This document shows positions 39,048-47,934 of a stretch of DNA of 64,000 nt, piece after piece. The stretch lies in contig CAVZYB010000030.1 of the NCBI GenBank assembly GCA_963779365.1, positions 90,117 to 154,116 on the forward strand. The letters are read 5' to 3'. Numbering within the stretch: the first letter of the stretch is position 1; each line of letters starts with the position of its first letter. The notes beneath the pieces were generated by a model. It was not told where the DNA came from. It did not search any database and saw only the letters and a list, made by a program, of their open reading frames with translations. This DNA is from an uncultured Acidobacteriota bacterium (GTDB lineage Bacteria > Acidobacteriota > Terriglobia > Terriglobales > Acidobacteriaceae). Made by a program: the position numbers and the translations under genes.

Positions 39048-39632
39048 TTGTCCGTACATCGAATCCTTAAGTCGCTGGAGCACCTGTCGCGGTTTTCGGT
39101 TTTTGTAATACTGATCATCGCTTTCCCTACGTCGCGGCTCCATGCTGCCCAGCCCGCTCCGGTCCAAGCCGGGGAATCATTTCCCAGGCTCTCCGCGAAA
39201 ACTCTCACCGGAAAATCTCTGGAACTGCCCGCTGCGCCCCTTGGCCGTCCGGCCGTGCTGCTCTTCTCGTTCAGCCGGACGGCAGGCAAGGATGCACACT
39301 TGTGGAACGAACGCTTAGCCAGAGATTTTTCGAGTGCAGTCCCAGCGTACGAAGTGGTGGTACTGGAATCGGTTCCAAAGCTCTTTCGCGGACTCGCAGT
39401 GTCGGGCATCCGGAGCGGGATGCCGATCTCCATGCAGGATCGAACGATCGTGTTGTACCAGGATGAGAAGCTCTGGAAGACGCGCCTGGCGGTTTCGGAT
39501 AACAACCGGGCTTACGTAGTTCTGTTAGCCCCGGATGGCCAGCTCCGCTGGAGCAACGCAGCAGCCTATACAGCTTCCGAGTATGCGCGATTGAAGAATC
39601 AGATTGACACGCTTCTGCGGCCACACCCATAA
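39048..39632 (+). CDS. Secreted thioredoxin-fold-like (redoxin-like) protein lacking the CxxC/peroxidatic Cys. Function unknown.
   Basis: 194 aa with a TTG start and a hydrophobic signal (FSVFVILIIAFPTSRLHA). Redoxin-like layout: FPRLSAKTLTGKSLELP...AVLLFSFSRTAGKDA...VVLLAPDGQL. This is a weak, pattern-based call. Confidence 0.4.
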   Translation: MSVHRILKSLEHLSRFSVFVILIIAFPTSRLHAAQPAPVQAGESFPRLSAKTLTGKSLELPAAPLGRPAVLLFSFSRTAGKDAHLWNERLARDFSSAVPAYEVVVLESVPKLFRGLAVSGIRSGMPISMQDRTIVLYQDEKLWKTRLAVSDNNRAYVVLLAPDGQLRWSNAAAYTASEYARLKNQIDTLLRPHP

Positions 39633-39729
39633 CCCCGCCGTACGCGGTTCGCGGCAGCGGGGCGTGAAACTCCGCATGTCCGTCTTTTTTTCAACTTTCC
39701 GCCAGCCCAAGGAATCTTAGATAGCTATT

Positions 39730-40614
39730 ATGCCCACACATACAATCAATGCGACCGATACGTTTACCATTGGCGGCGATCTAACCGTCAATCGGTTAGG
39801 ATTTGGTGCCATGCGCCTCACGGGCGAAGGTATCTGGGGAGAACCGAAGGATTCGGCAGAAGCCAAGCGTGTGCTGCGACGCGCTGTCGAGTTAGGCATC
39901 AACTTCATCGATACCGCCGACGCCTACGGTCCGGAGGTCAGCGAGCGCCTGATTGGTGAAACCCTCTATCCCTACCCAGAGAGCCTGGTGATCGCTACCA
40001 AGGGCGGACTGGCACGCTCCGGGCCGAACCAATGGAGTCCGCTAGGCAGGCCGGAGTATCTGCGGCAGTGCGTCGAGATGAGTTTGCGCCGTTTGAAATT
40101 ACAGCGCATCGACCTCTACCAGTTGCACCGCATCGATCCCAAGGTTCCCGCCGAAGATCAGTTTGGCGAACTGGGGAAGATGCAGCAGGAAGGTAAGATC
40201 CGCCACATTGGACTCTCGGAGGTGAAGCCTGCCGAGATCGAAAATGCACGCAAAACAATTCCCGTGGTCAGCGCGCAGAACCTGTACAACATTGCCGACC
40301 GCGGCCATGAGGATACATTGCAATATTGCGAGAAGAACCAACTCGCGTTTATCCCTTGGTTTCCGGTTGGAGCAGGGAAACTGACGAAACCCGGCGGCGT
40401 GCTGGACGAGTTCGCCAAAAAGCACAACGCCACGGTAGCACAACTAGCAATAGCCTGGTTGCTCTATCGCTCCCATGTGATGCTGCCTATCCCGGGCACC
40501 TCGTCGGTCCGGCACCTGGAGGAGAATGTTGGCGCGTCCAAGCTGAAATTGGATGCCGCCGAATGGATTGCTTTGGAGCAGAAAGTGAAACAAGCAAATC
40601 AGTTAGCGGCGTAA
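39730..40614 (+). CDS. Aldo/keto reductase (294 aa)
   Basis: Intact ORF. LGFGAMRLTG, FIDTADAYG, RIDLYQLHRIDP, IRHIGLSEV, QNLYN, IPGTSSVRHLEEN. Confidence 0.9.
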   Translation: MPTHTINATDTFTIGGDLTVNRLGFGAMRLTGEGIWGEPKDSAEAKRVLRRAVELGINFIDTADAYGPEVSERLIGETLYPYPESLVIATKGGLARSGPNQWSPLGRPEYLRQCVEMSLRRLKLQRIDLYQLHRIDPKVPAEDQFGELGKMQQEGKIRHIGLSEVKPAEIENARKTIPVVSAQNLYNIADRGHEDTLQYCEKNQLAFIPWFPVGAGKLTKPGGVLDEFAKKHNATVAQLAIAWLLYRSHVMLPIPGTSSVRHLEENVGASKLKLDAAEWIALEQKVKQANQLAA

Positions 40615-40643
40615 TTGGCAGCCCTGACGCCTGCAGTTACTGG

Positions 40644-40671
40644 CCAGGCCCATTCCTCAGAATGGGCCTGG
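40644..40671 (+). terminator. Hairpin terminator after the aldo/keto reductase gene
   Basis: CCAGGCCCATTCctcaGAATGGGCCTGG followed by TT. 12-bp perfect stem, 30 nt after the stop. Confidence 0.6.
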
Positions 40672-40845
40672 TTAGTCTCGGACCTGAATCCCTCGAACCC
40701 ATGCGTGAAGCTTCGCCGCAAACGAAGGTCGGCTCCGAATGCGTACTCGCGGAACAAATACTTTATACCCGACCAATTTACTTGCGGAAGTCATCCCGAC
40801 TTGCTAGCCTCCCTCCCGTAATCTGTCTACCAGGAGGTCACGGAC

Positions 40846-41073
40846 GTGCGCTCCGAATTCGTAAGCAGCTTACGGCGCACATCGAAGGCCCGTCCAGCCT
40901 CCCCATCCGATTCTTGGCTACGGGTGTGGGCTGCGCAGGGTAGCGGTACGTCCACTCCCCGGAGCACAAGAAACACCACTGACTTATTTCGGCTGAAGTT
41001 GCCCAAGGACATCTGTGAGTGTTTCCTTGCACAACTTCAAGAGAGGATGGCTTTATGGGAAGCGCGGCTGTAG
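40846..41073 (+). CDS. Hypothetical small protein (75 aa)
   Basis: GTG start 8 nt after AGGAGG (40832-40837). Its stop overlaps a downstream ATG at 41055. AT-richer islet. No family recognised. Confidence 0.35.
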   Translation: MRSEFVSSLRRTSKARPASPSDSWLRVWAAQGSGTSTPRSTRNTTDLFRLKLPKDICECFLAQLQERMALWEARL

Positions 41074-41416
41074 TACCAGTTCGCCTGCTGACTGCGAGGG
41101 AAGATCATCTGAACCGGTTCGACGCGAAACCGGGAATGCTGAACTTGAGTTTGAAAGATATCAATGGAAGTACCAATCTGACTCAGCGACCGTGAAGGAC
41201 ATCACGAATTCGGAGTCCCCGGTTGAAGTCTCGCATACCTGCACGCAATCGGGCTTGTCGTTTCAGGTAGAGGCCGGAAAAGCTTATCTCATTACCCTGG
41301 CTTTCGCGCAGACCACGGGTCCTGACGCAACGGTGGCCGAGTTAGACGAAGGCGGGCAAAGGATAGACGTCATCAATATGAATAATCTGTTCCCGGGGTA
41401 TGTCGTGTACGCGTGA
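41015..41416 (+). CDS. Hypothetical protein. Only the C-terminal ~75 aa look protein-like; the true start and frame are unresolved.
   Basis: Track ORF of 133 aa. The C-terminal part, TVKDITNSESPVEVSHTCTQSGLSFQVEAGKAYLITLAFAQTTGPDATVAELDEGGQRIDVINMNNLFPGYVVYA, is beta-rich. An alternative 46-codon ORF (41055-41195, other frame) has the better-looking N-terminus. Confidence 0.35.
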   Translation: MSVSLHNFKRGWLYGKRGCSTSSPADCEGRSSEPVRRETGNAELEFERYQWKYQSDSATVKDITNSESPVEVSHTCTQSGLSFQVEAGKAYLITLAFAQTTGPDATVAELDEGGQRIDVINMNNLFPGYVVYA

Positions 41417-41439
41417 TGCAGTCCAACGAGGTGTTTGTG

Positions 41440-41524
41440 CTCCCCGTTTTCCGGGCGGGGAGCGAAACTAGCAACCGGCGGGCTGGTGCTGCCGGGTGGG
41501 TGGCCACATCCGCCCGGCTAGCAC
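41440..41524. terminator. Two hairpins between convergent genes
   Basis: CTCCCCGttttccgggCGGGGAG (41440-41462) and GTGCTGCCGGG...CCCGGCtAGCAC (41486-41524). No clear T-tracts. Confidence 0.3.
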
Positions 41525-41551
41525 CGAAATGCAGGGCTGCCGGATAGGCGC

Positions 41552-41785
41552 CTAATCAACTTCGAAAGCATCCAAGACGGGCTCCAGAGCAGGCGTGGCC
41601 GCATCTTCCGGCCTGATTAAACCTTCTTGCGGCTCTGTAGCCGCAAGTCGCATCAGGGCATCGTTGGTCGTATCCTCAATGCGGGTATTGCTTTTGTGAA
41701 GCAAGCGAATAGCTTTGAATGCCTCGTGGCACAACACAAAACGGTTCTTCGTCTGGAGCGCATCAAAAACAATATCTGAACGCAT
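41552..41785 (-). CDS. Small protein (77 aa) resembling RNA polymerase omega subunit (RpoZ-like). Tentative.
   Basis: MRSDIVFDALQTKNRFVLCHEAFKAIRLLHKSNTRIEDTTNDALMRLA; compare the omega core ...NRFELVLLAAKRARQL. ATG at 41783-41785 follows GGAAGG. The longer track ORF (to 41938) is unlikely. Confidence 0.35.
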   Translation of the reverse strand: MRSDIVFDALQTKNRFVLCHEAFKAIRLLHKSNTRIEDTTNDALMRLAATEPQEGLIRPEDAATPALEPVLDAFEVD

Positions 41786-42125
41786 TACTGTCACCTTCCG
41801 TAGTACCGGCAGAGTTGAGGTTCGTTGTGATGTCCTCAAGTAAAAGTGGAAGGCATCAGGGAGGATACACGACCAGGATAGTGGTAAATTGCGACCCAGA
41901 CTAGGACTCGAATCACAAACGCCGAATTTCTTCCTCAAAAAGCTTCCCCGCGAGATCAGAACGGCCCCACTGCCCCAGCCAACCCACCATCCCCACCGTA
42001 AAAATCCCGGCGCGAACCGGGAATCAAATCAGGAGGTCTTATGATATTTATGAATGTCATAATGCAGTTACGGAAGTATTGCGCAGCCTTGGATGCTGGC
42101 GCAAGTAAATGCAGAGTAGTGTTCG

Positions 42126-42513
42126 ATGCTGCTCCCGATTCGGGACTTTAAGTTGCTACAGAACCCTGCGAACGCAGTCGTTGCAATTGCGGAGCGGCAG
42201 AATGACAATCGAAGAACCCTGCTGCTGTTCGACAAGTGGTGGAGCGAACGTACCCGAATCACCTGCACGTTTCTCGGCGGAGGATTACGGTTGCGAATCA
42301 CCGGAACCATCGACCGCATTGAGCCAGACTCAATCCTGATGTACACCGCCGATGAATCCGCATCGTATTCACCTGCCGCTGCGCTCCGTGCATCTGTGCC
42401 GCTATTGCGATCCACGGGAACTCAACCTGCCGGAGGCCGAGGAGCAATTCGCCGGCTTTCTCGTCATTCGCCTGCAGGACGGCGGGGTCTTACAATTTGC
42501 TGAACCGAAATGA
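42126..42513 (+). CDS. Hypothetical protein (about 125 aa), possible frame disruption near 42350
   Basis: Track ORF 42126-42503. From about 42355 a different frame reads far more protein-like (IHLPLRSVHLCRYCDPRELNLPEAEEQFAGFLVIRLQDGGVLQFAEPK, stop 42511-42513). Confidence 0.35.
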
Positions 42514-42616
42514 CTGAGCCAGAAAACGCGTGAACTGTCTGCATTGCTTCCTCACGTTATTTAACCAATAAGAAAGCACCCCGCAGGGTGCTTGGACCAG
42601 CAATCAGTCCTTTTCT

Positions 42617-42865
42617 CTAAGCGATATTGCCTTGCAACACCTCTCTTAACCGTTCAATCTCAGCATTTTTCGCGGCGGCGTATTTCGCCAGTAACTCAGC
42701 CGTGGAAGCACCTCTTAACCGTGTGTTTTCCTCCAGCCACTCGATTGCCTGCTGTATCTCGCCCAAGGATGCTGATTCTGCCCCACAGTTACAGACATAC
42801 AGCTCACTTGTGTTCGGATCGACGTTGTTCGATAGGCACCAGTCAGTATGCATAATTTCGCTCAC
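42617..42865 (-). CDS. Hypothetical small Cys/His-containing protein (about 82 aa)
   Basis: GTG at 42865 lies 5 nt after GGAGG. VSEIMHTDWCLSNNVDPNTSELYVCNCG... followed by a helical tail, IQQAIEWLEENTRL...AEIERLREVL. Confidence 0.4.
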   Translation of the reverse strand: MSEIMHTDWCLSNNVDPNTSELYVCNCGAESASLGEIQQAIEWLEENTRLRGASTAELLAKYAAAKNAEIERLREVLQGNIA

Positions 42866-43256
42866 ACCTGCCTCCAATACACTTACTGCATTAATAATTG
42901 CGTTTATTGCGTATGACAGGCGAATTCTCGCCTGAACACCTCTGGAGTCGGCGTTCGCAAAAGGTTCGCCGCCCGTCTACACGTTACCGCTCGCTAGGGG
43001 CTCTGGCAACTCCTTTTACGACAATCGCAAAAAATCAGGCAGACAGGATCATGCATCCAATTCGTATAAAGTATCCAATGTCTTCGGTCAGGCCTTCCTC
43101 GAGAGCCAGCCTTCTATCGCGATGAGGAAGGGATCGGACAGCTCTCAATCAGTGCCCTTACTTTCTGCGACAGTGTTTTCACCGTGAATGGCTTTTAAGC
43201 AAACTCCTTTTGGGGACAGGAGTATCCTCAAGGCTTCCGTTAGGGTCGAATCATGG

Positions 43257-45780
43257 TCACCGTTGCCAGAGAATATTCGCAACTTCCAGCGGGATCGACG
43301 CGCCTTCATGGTGCGGCACCAATCGCGCCGTGTAATCCGCCGAAGGGCGGGTAGCTGGAACATGCGTGACATAGATGTGACCGGCAGCCGTGCCTGCCGG
43401 CGTTCTTTTCATCTCCTGGCAGAACAGCATGGTCACTCCCGGCGCCGTTGGCATAAAGCTCCACCCGAACCGAGTCCGGGTCAAGATTATCGAGATTTAA
43501 GTGAAGTTCAAATACGTACTGCCCACCTTCTGTCTCCACCTTCAGCTCTCCGAAACCCAGCCTGGCCCCATTTCTGTTTCAAGTCACGCTGCCAATCGAC
43601 CAGTTGCTTGCCCGCGTCTCCTTTGTTCGCGGCGCGCCCGCGATAGGCTGCTGCAGCCGGGAGGTAGTTTCGCCCGGTGTATTCGCGCACCGCGCGATCG
43701 GCAGAGAATTCGGGGGTCAGGCGGGCCATGCTTTCCCGCATCCGCTTAACCCATGCGGCAGGAATGCCATTATCGCGAGCGTAGAATTCCGGAATTACCT
43801 CCCGTTCCAGTAGTCCGTACAGGGCTTCGGCTTCAGCGGCATCCCACGCCGAGTCGTCGCCATGTTCCTGGCCGTCTCCCAACGCCCATCCTACTTCAGG
43901 CGTGTAGGCCTCCGCCCACCAGCCATCCAACTCGGACAGATTGAGACCTCCATTGACGAGCACCTTCATACCACTGGTTCCGCACGCCTCCCATGGCCGC
44001 CGTGGAGTATTGATCCACACATCGACTCCCTGCACCAGGTCGCTCGGTCAGCAGCATGTCGTAGTCGCTCAGGAAGACGACGTGAGGCCGGGCCTCCGGC
44101 TGGCGGATAAAGTTGATCCATTCATGGATCAGGGCCTGCCCCGGCCGATCCTCCGGATGAGCCTTGCCGGCGATGATGAGTTGGACCGGACGCTGCGTGT
44201 TGGTCAATAGGCGAAGGAGGCGCTGGGGGTCGTGCAATAACAAGTTGGGCCGTTTGTAGGTTGCAAAGCGTCGCGCAAAGCCGAGCGTCAACGCGTTTGG
44301 ATCGAGGTGATGTTTTGCGGCTTCGACCTCTTCGTGCGGCCTGCCGGAGGAAGCCAACTGACGCGACAATCGCTCGCGAGCATACTCCACCATAGACTTG
44401 CTGGCGGCGCTTCGAAATTGCCAGAGTTTGGCGTCGGAGACATCGCGAATATCCGGCCCGAGGTTTTTTGTAGTTCCCAGCCAACGCTCCTTGCCGCAGC
44501 TTTCCGTCCAAAGATCGTCCGCCTGCGCCGAGTCCCACGTGGGCATGTGAACTCCGTTGGTCACGTATCCGACCGGAACCTCGTCCTCCGGCCAACGCGG
44601 AAACAGCGGGAGAAAGAGTTTTCTGCTGACCTTTCCATGCAAGCGGCTTACCCCATTCACCGCTCCGCTCCCTCGGATTGCCAGATACGCCATGTTGAAA
44701 CTCTCCCCAGAGTCGCCCGGGTTCTGGCGTCCTAGGGCCAGCAACTCATCCAGTGTGATACCAAGCCTCTTGGCATAATGACCGAGATACTGTTCGATAA
44801 GCGCAGGAGAAAAACGGTCAAAGCCTGCGGCCACGGCCGTGTGGGTGGTAAACAGATTACCCGCCCGTGTCACTGCCAGTGCAACTTCGAAGGGCTGACC
44901 TGTTTCCTCCATAAAATTGCGGGCACGTTCCAGGACGGCAAACGCTGCGTGGCCTTCATTCAGGTGACAAACCTCCGGCTGCAGCCCGAGCGCGCGGAGC
45001 AACCTCCATCCGCCAATTCCCAGCACCAGTTCCTGCTTGAGGCGCAACTCCGGCCCGCCGCCATAGAGTTCGCTCGTAATCCCTCGATGCGCGGGAAAGT
45101 TCGCGGCATCATTGCTGTCCAGCAGGTAAAGCTTCACTTTGCCCACCTGGACTTGCCAGGCGCGCAGCCAGACTGAGTATCCGGGCAACGCAATCTCCAA
45201 CCGCAGCCACTCTCCATTCGGCTCGACGCAATGGAGTGATCGGCAACTGACCGGGATCGTTGTACGGGTAGAGGGCCTGCTGCTCGCCATTTCTGTCGAT
45301 CACCTGACGAAAATAGCCCTGTTGATAGAGCAGTCCTACGCCGACAACCGGCACACCCAGATCGCTGGCGGCTTTGAGCTGATCACCAGCCACGTTACCC
45401 AGTCCGCCCGAATAGATGGGCAGCGCTTCGCTCAACATGAACTCCATACTGAAGTATGCAACCGTATTCAGCAGAGCCCCTGGATGATTCAGCTGAAACC
45501 ATGCAGGCTCTTTCGCCGCCCGTCGACTTGCCTCCAGTAAACCGTCGACGTTCTTCCTGAAAACCGGATCGGCTAAAACGCGCGTGATCTGGTCGCGCGA
45601 GACCGTCTGCAGTACGGCCCAGGGGTTATGCGTGATTTCCCAAAGCTTGGGATCAAGTTGCCGCCACACTTCGTCGGTGGCATGATTCCACGACCACCGC
45701 ATATCCAAGGCGAGCTCTGCCAAGGAATCCACACCCGCGATTTCGGTCGGCAGAAGATTGCTTGCCGGGTTGTTCTCCAT
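43257..45780 (-). pseudogene. glgP: Alpha-glucan (glycogen/maltodextrin) phosphorylase, GT35 family with a DUF3417-type N-terminus (about 840 aa), at least 4 frame disruptions
   Basis: Five fragments in order. 45109-45780: LALDMRWSWNH...YFSMEFMLSEALPIYSGGLGNVAGD. 43896-45290: CHLNEGHAAF...VSRLHG...IIAGKAHPED. 43508-44035: DVWINTPRRPWEACGTSGMKVLVNG. Then 43306-43539 and 43257-43484. Confidence 0.9.
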
Positions 45781-45790
45781 CTGGCTTTCC

Positions 45791-45988
45791 TCACTTATCT
45801 TCCAGGCATTGCCGGATATGGTCGTGGTGTTCGTGCAGCTTCCGGTTGAACTCGAGTCCGCACAATCGCCCCCATCGAGCCAGCAGCATTTTACCTCTCG
45901 CAGTGGTCAATCGTGACCAGCATTCAAATCCCATAGATTCCATCGGATCTGGCAGCAGAACGACAGTGACTGTCGTTTGCGACTTCAC
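45791..45988 (-). CDS. Possible small ORF immediately upstream of glgP. Low confidence.
   Basis: 65-aa track ORF ending ...FNRKLHEHHDHIRQCLEDK. Its TGA lies 10 nt before the glgP ATG and overlaps the glgP SD (TGAGGAAAG). Confidence 0.2.
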   Translation of the reverse strand: MKSQTTVTVVLLPDPMESMGFECWSRLTTARGKMLLARWGRLCGLEFNRKLHEHHDHIRQCLEDK

Positions 45989-46088
45989 CCTCGCCGGCTT
46001 TCGCGCTATGGTTCTTAGAGCACGTGCAGCTTACTATGTAAAAGGTGAGCGGGTCTGATTATCGTTCCTGCCCGGAAAGATCGAAAAT

Positions 46089-47843
46089 ATGGCGCTTGTG
46101 ACTCTCGTCCTTCTGGTTGTTGTGGTGGCTCTCCTGCTCCTGCTGTTTGTGAAAACATCCAAAGCAGGCAACCCTATGCTCGATTCCCGCCTTGATGCCT
46201 TCGAAAAGGCTCAGGAGCGCACTGAGCGTGCAGTAAGAGAGGAAGTTGCCAAAAGCAGGGAGGAACTTGGTAAGGCCGCGCGGGAACAGCGACAGGAACT
46301 CACGGAAGCCTTCAAAGTTTTCGGTGATACCTCAGGCAAAAGAATGATGGAAACCGCCAGCGTGCAGAAGGCGCAACTGGACTCGTTTTCCAGTCAGCTT
46401 GCCTCCTTTACCAAAGCAAGCGTAGAGCGTCTCGACGGTGTCCGTGCCGAATCCGCTGCGAGCGCAAAGCAGCTACGAGAGGAGGTCGTAGCTACGTTGA
46501 CAAGCCTCTCTGAGACGACGACGCGGACGATGAAAGACTTAGCCGCTGCCGAAAAGGTTCAGCTCGACGCATTCTCCGGGCAGATTTTCTCGCTGACGAG
46601 AAGCAGTGGAGAGAAGCTCGACGGCATACGAGCGGAGTCCGCCACCGGGGCAAAGCAGCTAAGGGAAGAGGTCATCGCAGCACTCAAGGGAATTACGGAA
46701 TCCACAACCAACACGATGGGCGAGTTGGCCAACGTCCAAAAGGGTCAGCTTGAAAGCATGACTTTGGCGATTGGGAAGCTCTCAGATTCGAATGAGAAAA
46801 AGCTGGAGGCAATCAGGGGCACGGTGGAAGTCGAACTGCAACGCATGCAAACCGACAACGCCAAACAACTTGAGCAGATGCGACAGACTGTGGATGAGAA
46901 ACTTCAGGGCACGCTGGAAAAACGTCTGGGCGAATCTTTCAAGCAGGTCAGCGAACGTCTGGAGCAGGTCCACAAAGGGCTTGGTGAGATGCAGACGCTT
47001 GCCACAGGCGTCGGCGACCTGAAAAAAGTCTTGACGAACGTGAAGACACGTGGAACGTGGGGCGAGGTTCAACTAGGGGCTCTGTTGGAGCAGGTGCTCA
47101 ACCCCGACCAGTATGCCACTAACGTAAGCACGAAGGACGCTGGTGAACGAGTCGAGTTTGCGGTCAAGTTGCCGGGGCAGGGCGCGGACAGGGATGAGAC
47201 GGTTTGGCTGCCGATTGACGCCAAGTTCCCAGTCGAGGACTACCAACGCCTGGCCGACGCGCAAGAGCGGGCCGACATCGATGCCATGGAGATCGCTGGA
47301 AAACAGTTAGAGAATCGGGTAAAGAGCTGTGCGCGTGAGATCAGTGAAAAGTATCTAAACCCGCCAAAGACCACAGATTTCGGTATCTTATTCTTGCCCA
47401 TCGAAGGGCTCTTCGCCGAGGTGATCCGCAGGACAGGTTTGATCGAAGCCATCCAGCGGGAGAGCCGCGTGATTATTGCTGGCCCAACTACATTGTGGTC
47501 GATTTTGAACAGCCTTCAAATGGGTTTCCGTACGCTGGCCATCCAGAAGCGTTCCAGCGAAGTCTGGAACCTCCTCGCGGCGGTCAAGACCGAGTGGACG
47601 AAGTATGGGGATGTGCTGGAGGCAGTCCAGAAAAAACTACACCAAGCATCAGACACCATCGGAAAAGCGCAGGTAAGATCGAGGGCGATCGGAAGACAGC
47701 TCAAGGATGTGCAGGAGCTACCAGCAGGTGCTGCAACTGCGTTCCTTAATGTAACTCCAGTGGATGATGACATCGAGGCAAGTGATGTCGACGAAACGGA
47801 AGATGATCTGAAATCGTCCGCAGCTGTAAGCTCGACGAACTAA
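46089..47843 (+). CDS. rmuC: DNA recombination protein RmuC (N-terminal TM helix, coiled coil with an internal 62-aa tandem repeat, C-terminal RmuC nuclease-like domain)
   Basis: Intact 584 aa. GTWGEVQLGALLEQVL, VEFAVKLPG...VWLPIDAKFPVEDY, DFGILFLPIEGLFAE, IIAGPTTLWSILNSLQMGFR. Confidence 0.9.
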   Translation: MALVTLVLLVVVVALLLLLFVKTSKAGNPMLDSRLDAFEKAQERTERAVREEVAKSREELGKAAREQRQELTEAFKVFGDTSGKRMMETASVQKAQLDSFSSQLASFTKASVERLDGVRAESAASAKQLREEVVATLTSLSETTTRTMKDLAAAEKVQLDAFSGQIFSLTRSSGEKLDGIRAESATGAKQLREEVIAALKGITESTTNTMGELANVQKGQLESMTLAIGKLSDSNEKKLEAIRGTVEVELQRMQTDNAKQLEQMRQTVDEKLQGTLEKRLGESFKQVSERLEQVHKGLGEMQTLATGVGDLKKVLTNVKTRGTWGEVQLGALLEQVLNPDQYATNVSTKDAGERVEFAVKLPGQGADRDETVWLPIDAKFPVEDYQRLADAQERADIDAMEIAGKQLENRVKSCAREISEKYLNPPKTTDFGILFLPIEGLFAEVIRRTGLIEAIQRESRVIIAGPTTLWSILNSLQMGFRTLAIQKRSSEVWNLLAAVKTEWTKYGDVLEAVQKKLHQASDTIGKAQVRSRAIGRQLKDVQELPAGAATAFLNVTPVDDDIEASDVDETEDDLKSSAAVSSTN

Positions 47844-47873
47844 TTATTATGCGTAGGCGCGTTATACATGACA

Positions 47874-47896
47874 AAGGCGGGCGATGCGCCCGCCTT
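47874..47896. terminator. Bidirectional hairpin terminator between rmuC and the convergent small ORF
   Basis: AAGGCGGGCGatgCGCCCGCCTT. The minus-strand reading is followed by TGTCATG. Confidence 0.55.
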
Positions 47897-47934
47897 AACA
47901 TTGGCCAGAGCCGCTGCGGAAGCCGTTGGGTTAC

